Source: Polyangiales bacterium
GTDB taxonomy: Bacteria > Myxococcota_A > Polyangia > Polyangiales > Houyiibacteriaceae
Assembly: GCA_045106895.1 (NCBI GenBank)
Contig: JBGCFM010000157.1
Location: 4,151-68,150 of the forward strand
Direction of reading: 5' to 3'
DNA: 64,000 nucleotides
Part shown: one piece after another, positions 1 through 9,280 of the stretch
Layout: the number at the start of each line of letters is the position of its first letter
Numbering within the stretch: position 1 is the first letter of the stretch
Made by a program: the position numbers and the translations under genes
The notes under the pieces: model-generated
The model's input: the letters and a program-made list of their open reading frames with translations, nothing else
What the model was told of the DNA's origin: nothing
The model's database searches: none

Positions 1-3000
1 AACATCGTTGATGTTGTCGTTGCTTCCGATTTCGACAGCGCTTCCAGATGCAACGCTGCTCAGCTGGAAGAAGCGGACCGCGGTGTTGTCGTGTGTCGCG
101 ACGATGAGGTCGCCGCTGCTGTTGACGGCGATGGCGCGGATGTCGGTGCCGTATGCTTCTGGATTGTCCTCCCAAGGCGTTGGTGACCAAGGGAACGTAC
201 GCGCATCCCAAAGCTCAAATACACGGTTGGAAGCTTCAATCGTCGTATCGTCTACGGTGAAAAGCCGCTCGCCGACGGTGGCTGCTTGGTAGCCGAGGCG
301 TGACGATGTCACCATGTCCGGCGTCGTGTAGACGAGCGCCTGAGAGCCGACGCGTTTGTTGATCTGAAACACCCGCGACGACTCGCCCATGTAGAGCGTG
401 GTCGGTGTGGAACGCAGCCAGCGTTCGCCGGTCCAGGACTGAGGCGTACCGGCGTTGCTCAGCGCTCGGTCAAACTCGAGGTCTGTGATGGTTCCGGTGA
501 TGCCCTCGTAGGTCTGTTCCTCAAAGGTGAGCCCAGTGATGAGGGCCGTGCTCGGAATACCAATGCAGAGCGTGGAACCAGACGCGACGACGGCGGCGAC
601 GCCCGCTTGTGCGTCGCTCGCGCAAGCGAGGGGCTGGTTGCTAGCCTGGTCTTGCAGGAGCAGCTCGCCGGCGACGTTGCTGGTGACGACGACGATGTTC
701 TCCGTGGGTTCGTAGCTGTACCACGTGACGGTGGGGGCTGAGCCGAGACACGAACCGCCACCAAGGTTCGACGAGGAGTCGCGTCGTACGGGGCCGCTCA
801 TCGTGATGGGCCGCGCTGTGCCGCAGGACTCGCCTTCGGCCACGGGGATCTCGCGAACGGTGACCGTCGCACCTGGGAACGGATCGTCCGGGTCTTCGGC
901 GCTGACCCAAATGAACACATCACCGGCGGGGGCGCTCGCTGCGATGGTCGTCGGACGATCAAAGCTCGCTTCGCACGCCACGCTTTGGTAGTCCGGTGCG
1001 CTCGGGTCGCATCCACGGCTGACCTCGATGTTGATGTCCGCGGCGCTGCTTAGGATGTCGGTCGGGACGGCACGAATCTCAAGGATGGTCCCTGAGGACT
1101 TTGTGAAGCGAATCACAGCGTCTGCGCCATGCTGGTCAGCACAGCTAGTGTTGCCGGGACCGTTCGAGACATCGTCGCGGTCGAAGTCTTGAACTCCGCC
1201 GATGGGAATCTGGAAGGTGTGAGGGTCGCGCTCGGTTCGCGGGGCAACGTACACACCTGCGGGGGAGTCGATGCTGAAGGGGTTGTCGCAGCCTTCGCCT
1301 TCAGGGAACGCGGTGACCTCCGTGACCGTGACGTCGGCGCCGGGGAAAGGCCCCGTGGTGTCTTTGGCGACCCAGATATAGTAGGTGCCCGGGCCGACAT
1401 CGAGGACGCGTCCACCGGCCTGCATCACCGAGTGACAGACAAGCTGCGCCTCGTCGTCTCCGCTGAGCGGAATCTCGCACACGCCATCGCGGAGTTCCCA
1501 GTTGATGTCCGTTGTGTCACTGCCCGTGGCGACGATGTCGATGGCGAGTGCGGATCCCCCGTCGGCGAGGCGTTCGCTGGTTTTTACATATTCGATGACG
1601 ACATCGTCGGAGGCGGTGAAGGTGTCGCAGCTGTCGGTGGCGCCGTCGTCGACGTATTCACCGGCCTCGATGGACCAAAACAGCCCTCCCTCGGGTGTCT
1701 CCTCCGCCGAGAGGGCGGTCAACGGTTCTCGGCACGAGTCGCCGGTTGGCTCCTGGGTCGTGAAATTGAGGACCCCGTCGATGAGGTATGCCTCGCCGTC
1801 GAGGGCGCGCCCGCCTGCGTCCTGGAATGAAGTGAGGTCGAGTGCATAGGCGCGTCCGGCTTGCAGCCGGCCGGCGACGTTGAACTCGGCGATGGTGTTG
1901 CTCGCGCTGAAGGTCGCCGCGATCATGCTCGTGGTCACGCCATTGTCGAGAGCCGCCGTTCCCCGAAGAGAATTCATGGGCTCGTCGAATCGCACGCGGA
2001 TGGTGTTTCGCGAGAACCGGACATCCGTAGCGCCTTCGTCCGGGGCGGTGCTGATCACCCGCGGACCGAACGTGTCGACGCCTACCTCGAAGTCGATGGC
2101 TCCGTCGTCAAGGTAGGAGACGAGGTCAAGGGGGGTGCCGTTTCTGTCTGTAATGCCCGATGCGGACAGGTCCAGGGCGTAGTCGCCGAGGGTCGTGATG
2201 AGACCGGAGACCTCGAAGACAAGGGCGCGTTCACCGTCGAAGGAGCCCAAAACCTCCGTGCTATTCATGCCGCCTGTGAAGGAGGCAAAGATGGGCCCAG
2301 TGCCGACGATAACCTCGTCGAACTCCACGCGGACCGTCGTTGTCGCAGGGTTGGCGCCGCGTTGCCCTTCGGTGGGAATAGACGAAGTCACGCGCGGCGC
2401 GTCGTCGTCTGGGCCCGTGGCGAAATTGAGGCGGCCATCGATCAAGTAGGGGGCGCCATCAAGCTCGTTCCCCGATTCGTCAACGAGCCCGGTGAAGATG
2501 AGGCGGTAGTTTTGGGAGTAGGCGATGCCAGTGACGGGAATCGTGACGCTCGTCGCGTCCCACTCGGGCTCGCCAAGGATGCCGGGGCCGCCTTCCAGTC
2601 GGAACGCGCTGACGCTTGCATCGATTTGCTCGTTGAACTCGACCTCGATGCTATCGAGTCGCGCGCTCAGACCGATGGCGCCTTCCTCCGGGGTGGAGGC
2701 GACGACGAAGGGCGGGTCCATGTCGTTGACCTGGAACGTCCAGTCGTAGACAGCGTCGAGGGGCGCGCCGCCGACATCCGTGAAGTCTTGCTGGGCAGAC
2801 GCTGTGTACTCGACTCCGCCCACCAGCGCTTCGGGGGGCGTCACGAGGACGGCGACGTTTACTCCGGGGTCATCGAACCCAAGGTCCATCATCGAAAGCC
2901 ATTGCCCGCCGGCGGCGGCGCTCGCGTCGAGTTCGATGTCACCGGGCTGGAGCGTGATGGTTCCGGCGTCCGTGGCCATCTCTTCGGAGAACCAGACCAA

Positions 3001-3243
3001 GAGTGATGTCTCTGGCTCGATGTTCGTCGCACCCGCCTCCGGTAGCGCTTCGCGAACGAAAGGCGCCCCGATAACCCGCGGCACGTCGGACCCGTCCGAG
3101 CCGTCGAGGCTCGCATCCGGCAAAGAGGAGTCCGCGACGCCCGCGTCGGCGACAAGGTCATCATCGCCGCATCCGGCAAGCAGGATGAGAAGGGCGCTGA
3201 AGATGGCGCCACGATGGGCCCCTGATTGGGGGTGCGGAAGCAT
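1..3243 (-). CDS. Large secreted lipoprotein with tandem Ig-like (Big_5-type) domains, Cys-containing beta-sandwich repeats and a probable beta-propeller start; 3' end lies outside the window
   Basis: Missing from the ORF track because the frame has no stop in the window. ATG at 3243-3241 follows an AAGGAG SD. Translation MLPHPQSGAHRGAIFSALLILLAGCGDDDLVADAGVADSS gives a lipobox LAGC plus a DAG-rich linker. Repeated P.V....P.EG...V.FDE/FSE motifs are followed by EGEGC/EGESC repeats. The frame read open to position 1. Confidence 0.85.
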   Translation of the reverse strand, partial: MLPHPQSGAHRGAIFSALLILLAGCGDDDLVADAGVADSSLPDASLDGSDGSDVPRVIGAPFVREALPEAGATNIEPETSLLVWFSEEMATDAGTITLQPGDIELDASAAAGGQWLSMMDLGFDDPGVNVAVLVTPPEALVGGVEYTASAQQDFTDVGGAPLDAVYDWTFQVNDMDPPFVVASTPEEGAIGLSARLDSIEVEFNEQIDASVSAFRLEGGPGILGEPEWDATSVTIPVTGIAYSQNYRLIFTGLVDESGNELDGAPYLIDGRLNFATGPDDDAPRVTSSIPTEGQRGANPATTTVRVEFDEVIVGTGPIFASFTGGMNSTEVLGSFDGERALVFEVSGLITTLGDYALDLSASGITDRNGTPLDLVSYLDDGAIDFEVGVDTFGPRVISTAPDEGATDVRFSRNTIRVRFDEPMNSLRGTAALDNGVTTSMIAATFSASNTIAEFNVAGRLQAGRAYALDLTSFQDAGGRALDGEAYLIDGVLNFTTQEPTGDSCREPLTALSAEETPEGGLFWSIEAGEYVDDGATDSCDTFTASDDVVIEYVKTSERLADGGSALAIDIVATGSDTTDINWELRDGVCEIPLSGDDEAQLVCHSVMQAGGRVLDVGPGTYYIWVAKDTTGPFPGADVTVTEVTAFPEGEGCDNPFSIDSPAGVYVAPRTERDPHTFQIPIGGVQDFDRDDVSNGPGNTSCADQHGADAVIRFTKSSGTILEIRAVPTDILSSAADINIEVSRGCDPSAPDYQSVACEASFDRPTTIAASAPAGDVFIWVSAEDPDDPFPGATVTVREIPVAEGESCGTARPITMSGPVRRDSSSNLGGGSCLGSAPTVTWYSYEPTENIVVVTSNVAGELLLQDQASNQPLACASDAQAGVAAVVASGSTLCIGIPSTALITGLTFEEQTYEGITGTITDLEFDRALSNAGTPQSWTGERWLRSTPTTLYMGESSRVFQINKRVGSQALVYTTPDMVTSSRLGYQAATVGERLFTVDDTTIEASNRVFELWDARTFPWSPTPWEDNPEAYGTDIRAIAVNSSGDLIVATHDNTAVRFFQLSSVASGSAVEIGSNDNINDV

Positions 3244-3407
3244 ATGCAAAGGACTCCTTAAGAACTGAACAAGTGAAATTTGCCCTCGTGGGTCTCGGGT
3301 TGCAAGTCGCGTTGTGACCTTACCGACCCCCGGCTTTCACCCTTGGCTCGGGGCATGAGCCTCGGAGAAGGCGGATGCGCTCGATTCAGGCGTCTTGAGG
3401 CGGTCCT

Positions 3408-4166
3408 TTAGCGGTCTCGCACGGGGTTTTCGAGGTCTTCGAGACCTTCGATGCTCACGCGCACCGTATCGCCGGGCTTCAGCGCCGCGACGCCGGCGGG
3501 GGTTCCGGTCAGCACCACATCGCCTGGTTCGAGAGTCATGACCCGGGAGATGAAGGCGATGAGCTTATAAGGTGGCCAGACCATCGCGTCAGTTCGGCCG
3601 CTTTGCCTTCGTTCGTCGCCAACGAACACTTCAAGTCCGAGCGCCCTAACATCGATGCCCGTCGTGAGAGACGGACCTAAGGGGCAGAACGTGTCGAACC
3701 CTTTTCCGCGGGTGAACTGAACGTCGGCGCGTTGAATGTCTCGTGCAGTCACGTCGTTGGCGCAGGTCCAACCGAAGACAGCGCGCTGTGCCGCAGCCTC
3801 ATCGCCATCGCGAAGGCGGGAGCCAATGACCGCCGCAAGTTCGCCTTCGTGCTCTACGCGCTCGCTCACGCTTGGAAGCTCGATGGCCTCTCCGTGCGCG
3901 ATGAGTGCGCTCGGAGGTTTTAAGAAGAGCAGCGGCTCTTTGGGTACGTCGTTTCCGAGCTCCGCTGCATGGGCGGCATAGTTGCGGCCGACACACACAA
4001 TCTTGCTCGCCTCCGCCGGAGGGAGAAGGCGCGCAGGCGTCGCGACGTTTCCTTCATCTTCTGGGCTGTGCCAGGGAGGCCTGCTCAGGAGAACTAGGCC
4101 GTCCGGCTCATGGCGAACCCAGCGTTCGTTGCCTTCGTGGTGGACGCGGGAAAAACGCGCGCTCAC
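3408..4166 (-). CDS. Fumarylacetoacetate hydrolase (FAH) family protein
   Basis: Motifs KIVCVGRNYAAHAAE, FLKP, EGELA, NDVTARD, KGFDTFCPLGP, GDVVLTGTP. GTG at 4166 overlaps the upstream stop (GTGA). Confidence 0.93.
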   Translation of the reverse strand: MSARFSRVHHEGNERWVRHEPDGLVLLSRPPWHSPEDEGNVATPARLLPPAEASKIVCVGRNYAAHAAELGNDVPKEPLLFLKPPSALIAHGEAIELPSVSERVEHEGELAAVIGSRLRDGDEAAAQRAVFGWTCANDVTARDIQRADVQFTRGKGFDTFCPLGPSLTTGIDVRALGLEVFVGDERRQSGRTDAMVWPPYKLIAFISRVMTLEPGDVVLTGTPAGVAALKPGDTVRVSIEGLEDLENPVRDR

Positions 4167-5008
4167 GTGTCGAGCACTTTGGCGAAGAACTCGTCGTGGT
4201 CCGCCGCAAAGGCTTTGTATCCAGCATCGAGCTGACGCCGGAGAGCGTCGTGAAGTTTCTCCGGCACGTATTTGAACGCCAAGCTCGCGCCGCTCACGGC
4301 CCATTCGAAGTGGTCTGCTTCGGCGGCGCCGCCGTGGCCCGAGTGAATGCCAATCCACTGGTAACAGTTGTGCGCTTGGTCCGCGATGGTCACTTCCGTT
4401 TCCGAAAGCTGCTTCACGAGCTCCGCGTCGTGGGCTCTAAGCGACGAGTCGATGATGGAGAACTCTTTGTCAGCCAGAAGCTCGCTGCCGAGGTGATAGC
4501 CGATGGCGCGGAAGATCCCTGCGTAGTCGTCTGCGCTGCCTTCGCCATAACCCTGAGCGACACGGCCACGGAGGCCGTCGAGCCAGAAGGGGCAGCGGAG
4601 CGTCTGCTCCAGCGCTTCGTCGGCGAGCTCGCTGTGATCGGTCTTGGCCATGTTCACGACGCCGGTCAGCGTCGCTTGGGCGAGGCATCGGTGGGTGTCG
4701 CGATGTTCCGTGTCTCGGTCGTCGAACTCGTCACGCGCCGCGTCGAAGAAATAGCTCGCGACAAGCACGCTTCGGTCCGCGAGGGGAGCCAGCATGCCCT
4801 CCTCGAGGAAGAGGTCTTGGCTACGGCCGATCTTACCGGCAAGGGAAGCCACGCCGGAACCGAAGAGGCCGTTCCAAGACGCGTAGCGCGCCAAGAAGAG
4901 CGTGGTCGTGAGCCGCGACTGGGTGGCGGTTTGGACGACTTTCTCGACGGCCGCAGCAGCGGCGTCAGCATCGTGAAGCGCCGCGAGGCTCTCTCTCGTG
5001 ATCTTCAT
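4163..5008 (-). CDS. Putative heme-oxygenase-like diiron oxidase (HDO / CADD-PqqC-TenA fold) protein
   Basis: Helical-looking 281 aa with ordered candidate ligands ARDEF...THR, HLGSE and WIGIHSGHGGAAEADH, resembling the E-H-E-H-D/E-H set of HDO enzymes. ATGA overlap with the upstream gene. Confidence 0.55.
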   Translation of the reverse strand: MKITRESLAALHDADAAAAAVEKVVQTATQSRLTTTLFLARYASWNGLFGSGVASLAGKIGRSQDLFLEEGMLAPLADRSVLVASYFFDAARDEFDDRDTEHRDTHRCLAQATLTGVVNMAKTDHSELADEALEQTLRCPFWLDGLRGRVAQGYGEGSADDYAGIFRAIGYHLGSELLADKEFSIIDSSLRAHDAELVKQLSETEVTIADQAHNCYQWIGIHSGHGGAAEADHFEWAVSGASLAFKYVPEKLHDALRRQLDAGYKAFAADHDEFFAKVLDT

Positions 5009-5829
5009 TCGTTCTCCATCAGTTCATCCAGCGCATCAAACTGTTCTTCGAGCTCGTAGTCCATGTTCTCTTCTGCATCCATCCGCGCCACGGCCACTTG
5101 GAGCTCGCTTGCGAACGCCTCGCGCGCCGTCGGGTTGGCGATGATTCGCTGGTAGACCTCGTCAAAGGTGTCCGCCATCGAGAGCATATTCGCCTCCAGC
5201 GCAGCGTCGCGACTCTTCATCTCTTCGTGCCGACGGAGGAGGTTTTCAATGTCGCTCTTCGCCTTCTGAAGACGTCGTTTGTCAGCGCTCGGAAGGTCCT
5301 TTTCGAGCTTGTGAGCGAGGTCCATCACGCGGCCTCGAAGGGCGCGTTGGTCAACAGCTTCGCCTCGCTCATGAATCGCGATTCGCGCAAGCCAGAGGCC
5401 GAGGTAGTCCACCGTCGACTCATCGAGATCCTTGATGTCGTCGAGAGTGATGGCCGTGTCTGACTCCGCCGCCATCTTCGCGAGCGAGTCCCGACGCTCG
5501 AGCATGCGGTAGTAGTTGGTCCAGTACGTGTGGTTGTCGCCTACGCGCTTTTTGATCTCAGAGATGAGGTGTTCGCGGGCAGCTTCGCGCTGATCGCGGT
5601 CGATGCGCGCATCGACGGCGGCGCGCCACTTGTGGTGGTCCGGCACCGTCAGGATCGCCATCGTTAGCGCTGCGAGGTAGCCGAGGAAGGGCAAGAACCC
5701 GCCCATGCCCCAGGGGATTGTCATCACGAGGCTGATGCCTACGGAGATCAGGAATGAGTTCGTATTCCAGCGATGCTTGAGCATCTCCATGATGTACGAA
5801 ACTTTGCGCTTTTTCGGTCTCCACCCCAT
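5005..5829 (-). CDS. Hypothetical protein, two N-terminal TM helices plus a long charged coiled coil
   Basis: Hydrophobic FLISVGISLVMTIPWGMGGFLPFLGYLAALTMAILTV followed by about 200 aa of E/K/R/L heptad-rich helix. Confidence 0.8.
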   Translation of the reverse strand: MGWRPKKRKVSYIMEMLKHRWNTNSFLISVGISLVMTIPWGMGGFLPFLGYLAALTMAILTVPDHHKWRAAVDARIDRDQREAAREHLISEIKKRVGDNHTYWTNYYRMLERRDSLAKMAAESDTAITLDDIKDLDESTVDYLGLWLARIAIHERGEAVDQRALRGRVMDLAHKLEKDLPSADKRRLQKAKSDIENLLRRHEEMKSRDAALEANMLSMADTFDEVYQRIIANPTAREAFASELQVAVARMDAEENMDYELEEQFDALDELMENE

Positions 5830-5846
5830 TCGTGTCTAAACCAAAC

Positions 5847-6749
5847 CTAGAAGGAGACTCGAACTTGCCCGTGACCGCCGTCGTCATGGAGACGAGCGAG
5901 GATGCGGTCTTTGAGCGCGCTGGTGTTCGTCGACATCAGCCACGCGTCGCTTCGAGGGCGAGGCTCGGTGATGGTGAAATCGTCAACGATTTTTGCCGGC
6001 GAGGAGGAAAGAACAAGCACCCGGTCGGCGAGAAGGAGAGCTTCGGACACGTCGTGAGTGACGAAGATGACGAGACACTGATTCGCTTCCCAGAGCTCGA
6101 TGAGCAAACGCTGCATCTCCTCGCGGGTTTGCGCATCGAGAGCACCGAAGGGCTCGTCCATGAGCAAGATTTTTGGGCGAAGAGCCAGGGCACGCGCGAG
6201 GGCGACGCGCTGGTTTTGGCCACCACTGAGTTGAGCTGGCCGAAGCTCTCCCTTTTCGCCGAGGCCGACAGCTTGGAGCATCTCCTCGACGCGCGTTTCG
6301 CGCTCTGCCTTTGGCACACGTTTCTTCCAGAGGCCGAGGCGAAACGGGAAGGCAACGTTCTCACGAATCGTGAGATCCGGGCGGTTGGCGTAACGCTGAA
6401 AGACCATGACGGCGTCGTCATGGGGGCCCTCGCAGGCGACGCCATCCACGGTGACGCTGCCGTCCGTGGGCGTCTTGACGCCGATGGGTCGGACGCCTCC
6501 GGCCATGCGAAGAAGCGTCGACTTTCCGCAGCCCGACGGACCGAGGAGCATCACGATGCCGGGCTTGTCGAAGGTCAGGTCAATGCCGTCGAGGATTCGA
6601 ACGACACCGTCGCCCTCGGGCTTCGGGTATTCCTGAACGATCCCGGACAAGACCACCTCCGGAAAGCCGCCCGGCTGTGGCGCCGGCGTCTCAGGAGTCT
6701 CTGCTGGAACCTGTGCCGGAGTGTCGGCAGGAGCTGTCTCGTCGCTCAC
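5847..6749 (-). CDS. ABC transporter ATP-binding protein, NitT/TauT (SsuB/TauB-like)
   Basis: Walker A GPSGCGKST, signature LSGGQNQR, Walker B LLMDEPFGALD, H-loop VTHD. GTG at 6749 overlaps the permease stop. Confidence 0.93.
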   Translation of the reverse strand: MSDETAPADTPAQVPAETPETPAPQPGGFPEVVLSGIVQEYPKPEGDGVVRILDGIDLTFDKPGIVMLLGPSGCGKSTLLRMAGGVRPIGVKTPTDGSVTVDGVACEGPHDDAVMVFQRYANRPDLTIRENVAFPFRLGLWKKRVPKAERETRVEEMLQAVGLGEKGELRPAQLSGGQNQRVALARALALRPKILLMDEPFGALDAQTREEMQRLLIELWEANQCLVIFVTHDVSEALLLADRVLVLSSSPAKIVDDFTITEPRPRSDAWLMSTNTSALKDRILARLHDDGGHGQVRVSF

Positions 6750-7534
6750 GTTTCTGTCTCCCACGGGTAGAGGCGCTTCTTCACGGCGGTCATGAGCCCG
6801 TAGGTGACCAGCGCGAGCGCGACGATGACTCCGATGCCGACGAACACTTGGTCCATCGCACTAAAGCGTCGCGCGTTCTGAATGAGTTGTCCCAGACCCT
6901 CCGTCGCGTTCACGTATTCCGCGACGGTGATGTACGTCCACATCACGCTGACGGCGACGATGACGGCGTCGGCGATTCGAGGTTTGGCGAGGGGCAGCAC
7001 TGCGTGCCACGTCGCCTCAAAGGGGGTGGCGCCCAGGTCGCGGGCGGCGATCCAGTACTGCTGACTGACGGCCTGCATCGCGTCACGAACCATCGGAACG
7101 AGGAAGACCACCGCGCCACAGAAGAGGAACGCAATCTTCATCTGCTCGCCAATACCGAGCCACATCACGAGGATGGGGAGAATCGCCACCACGGGCGCAG
7201 AGCGCAGCGGATCGAGGAGGGGGGAGAGGAACGCGTTCACTCGCGGTGACGCGCCCATGAGGATGCCGAGGGGGACCCCAAGAATGACCACCAAGAAGCC
7301 CGCGACGAAGACACGCTTTACAGACGCGATGGTCGCGACGAGGAGCTTGCTCTCGCCCTCGTACCAGGCGAGCTGCATAAACGCCTCAGCGACCTCGCCG
7401 ATGCCCGGGAGCTTGCGCGCTTCGACGATTCCACCGAGCGAGAGAATCGCCCAAATGGCGAGCACGGTGAGAAGCGCGCTGAGCCCAATGGCTCGGCGCG
7501 TGTTCTTAGAAGGTTGGTCGTAGGGGTTCCACAC
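6746..7534 (-). CDS. ABC transporter permease, NitT/TauT (SsuC/TauC-like)
   Basis: Multiple TM helices, EAA-like loop AARDLGA, and VAE...GLGQLIQNARRFSAMDQVFVG typical of the SsuC/TauC class. Confidence 0.92.
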   Translation of the reverse strand: MWNPYDQPSKNTRRAIGLSALLTVLAIWAILSLGGIVEARKLPGIGEVAEAFMQLAWYEGESKLLVATIASVKRVFVAGFLVVILGVPLGILMGASPRVNAFLSPLLDPLRSAPVVAILPILVMWLGIGEQMKIAFLFCGAVVFLVPMVRDAMQAVSQQYWIAARDLGATPFEATWHAVLPLAKPRIADAVIVAVSVMWTYITVAEYVNATEGLGQLIQNARRFSAMDQVFVGIGVIVALALVTYGLMTAVKKRLYPWETET

Positions 7535-7549
7535 GGGCTACGCTTGCCT

Positions 7550-9235
7550 TTATTCGCTGTCGTGACGCTGAAGAATCGCGACGCGCGTGGAGCGGTTTCG
7601 AGTCCGACAGTCTTCGAGGGACATGCCTTCCTCTGGGGCGGACTCATCGCAGAGCGGGCTCGAAGAGCCGTTGCCTCGAACGATGAAGCGGTCGCGGGAG
7701 AACTCCCACTGCTCGACGAGGAACGCGACGACGGCGTTCGCGCGCTGCTCGGAGAGGGCCTGGTTGGCGCGAGCGCTGCCGGTGGAGTCGGTGTTTCCGG
7801 AGACCTCAAAGTACGCCGAGCCATGGTTCTCGACGAGGGGAACCATCTCATTGTTGATGGTCTGCTTGCTTCGCTCGGTGAGGTCGCTTGAGCCGGTCGC
7901 GAAGTTCACTGTCACCGGTCGCGTCACGACGGGGGCGGCTTCCTCGTTTCGAACTTCCTGAGCGAGCTGGTCGCGCTCGGCACCCGTGAACTCGAACTGC
8001 GGAGCTTGGGCAGCCTGTCGTGTCGCTGGCGTCGCAGCTTCCATGAGCGCCCGAATGTACTGGGTGTCGATGGAGTCCTGGGCTGGAATCACCGGAGAGT
8101 TCGGGTCTGCGAGGGCGCCGGCTGCGCGGTAGATACGGTCGAAACGTCCGTACACGCGCTCGTAGTGGTTCGTGCCGCCAGCGAGGCCGAGGATTCGCAT
8201 ATTGTCGTCGAGGCCCGTCCAGACGAGATTGTCGAAGAGACCCGCGACGAAGGGGCGACCCTCGTCGCGTGCGAGGAGCTCGAAGAACTCCTGCGTCTCC
8301 ACGAGCGCCGTGATGGCGTTCTCGGGGTCCGCCTTGGCGGCGGTGACGCCGTCCATCCAGGTCTTTACGAAGTTCTGGACAGCACCCCGGTTGGCGGTGT
8401 CGTTGAGCATACGTGTGTCGCAGACGATGACGTCGTAGATGAGGTTCGTGGCGACTCGCGTGGAGTAGATGACGTGGGCGCCGGAGTTCTTCACAGCGAG
8501 GCTAAGGTCCGGGTCCCAGAGAACGGCGGCGTCGACGGCGCCGGACTCGAGGGCGGAGCGAACTCCCGCGGTGCCTTCGTCCACGTTGATGAAGATGTAT
8601 TCGATCTGGCTCTTCTGCCGCTCCGTGAGACTGGAGTTCTCGACGGCGTCGATGAGCATACCGTGACTGGGCGTGTACTGAAGGAGCGCAACGCTCTTGC
8701 CCACGAGGTCTTCAACGCGGCGAATCGAAGGGTCGCGTGCGAGGATGGCGTCACCGCCCTGGGTGTTGTCCACGATCATAACGGCGCGGCCGTCGAGGTC
8801 GTTGCCTCGAAGGTTTGGCTGCTCCTGGGCCCAGAAGTCGCTGGTTCGCCACGCGCAATGGGCCGTGTTTGAAGTGAAGATCTCCGTCAGCGTAGGGATG
8901 TTGTCCTGAATCACGTACTCGATGTGGACATCGTTGCCGGCAGCGATGGAGCCGGGCTGGGTCGTCAAGGAGTTGCCATTGGCGACAATCGCCGGCGCGT
9001 ATCCATGGAAGGAAACGATGGAGACCTTGATCGGGTTCGTCGCGCTTCCGAGCGGCGTGGATGTGTCGACCTCCGGCGCCGTGGTTCCGTCCTCGCCGCT
9101 GGCCGTGGCGGTTCCAGGCTCATCGCCGTTGACGATGTCCTTGAGTCCAAGGTGCCAGGCTGCGGTTCCGAGTCCTGCGAGGACGACCATGCCGATGAGA
9201 CCTTTGGCGAGGGGAGTGGCTTTCGCTTTTGCCAT
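7550..9235 (-). CDS. ABC substrate-binding protein (NMT1/SsuA-like) fused to a C-terminal OmpA-like peptidoglycan-binding domain
   Basis: N-terminal hydrophobic anchor. SBP motifs GGDAILAR...DLVGKSVA and AVDAAVLWDP. C-terminal VNFATGSSDL...VSGNTDSTGSARANQALSEQRANAV...RNR is an OmpA_C signature. Confidence 0.88.
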   Translation of the reverse strand: MAKAKATPLAKGLIGMVVLAGLGTAAWHLGLKDIVNGDEPGTATASGEDGTTAPEVDTSTPLGSATNPIKVSIVSFHGYAPAIVANGNSLTTQPGSIAAGNDVHIEYVIQDNIPTLTEIFTSNTAHCAWRTSDFWAQEQPNLRGNDLDGRAVMIVDNTQGGDAILARDPSIRRVEDLVGKSVALLQYTPSHGMLIDAVENSSLTERQKSQIEYIFINVDEGTAGVRSALESGAVDAAVLWDPDLSLAVKNSGAHVIYSTRVATNLIYDVIVCDTRMLNDTANRGAVQNFVKTWMDGVTAAKADPENAITALVETQEFFELLARDEGRPFVAGLFDNLVWTGLDDNMRILGLAGGTNHYERVYGRFDRIYRAAGALADPNSPVIPAQDSIDTQYIRALMEAATPATRQAAQAPQFEFTGAERDQLAQEVRNEEAAPVVTRPVTVNFATGSSDLTERSKQTINNEMVPLVENHGSAYFEVSGNTDSTGSARANQALSEQRANAVVAFLVEQWEFSRDRFIVRGNGSSSPLCDESAPEEGMSLEDCRTRNRSTRVAILQRHDSE

Positions 9236-9280
9236 CAGTATTTTCTCCTGTTTCGGCGCCGCCGGGCGGGCCGAGTTTCG

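Noticed and set aside
1129-3006. Long plus-strand ORFs (233 and 381 aa) and many similar V/G/R/D-rich antisense ORFs across the window, e.g. 3905-5059, 20231-21592, 35241-36443
   Set aside because: Shadow frames opposite real genes, expected in high-GC DNA with strong GC3 bias; no motifs.
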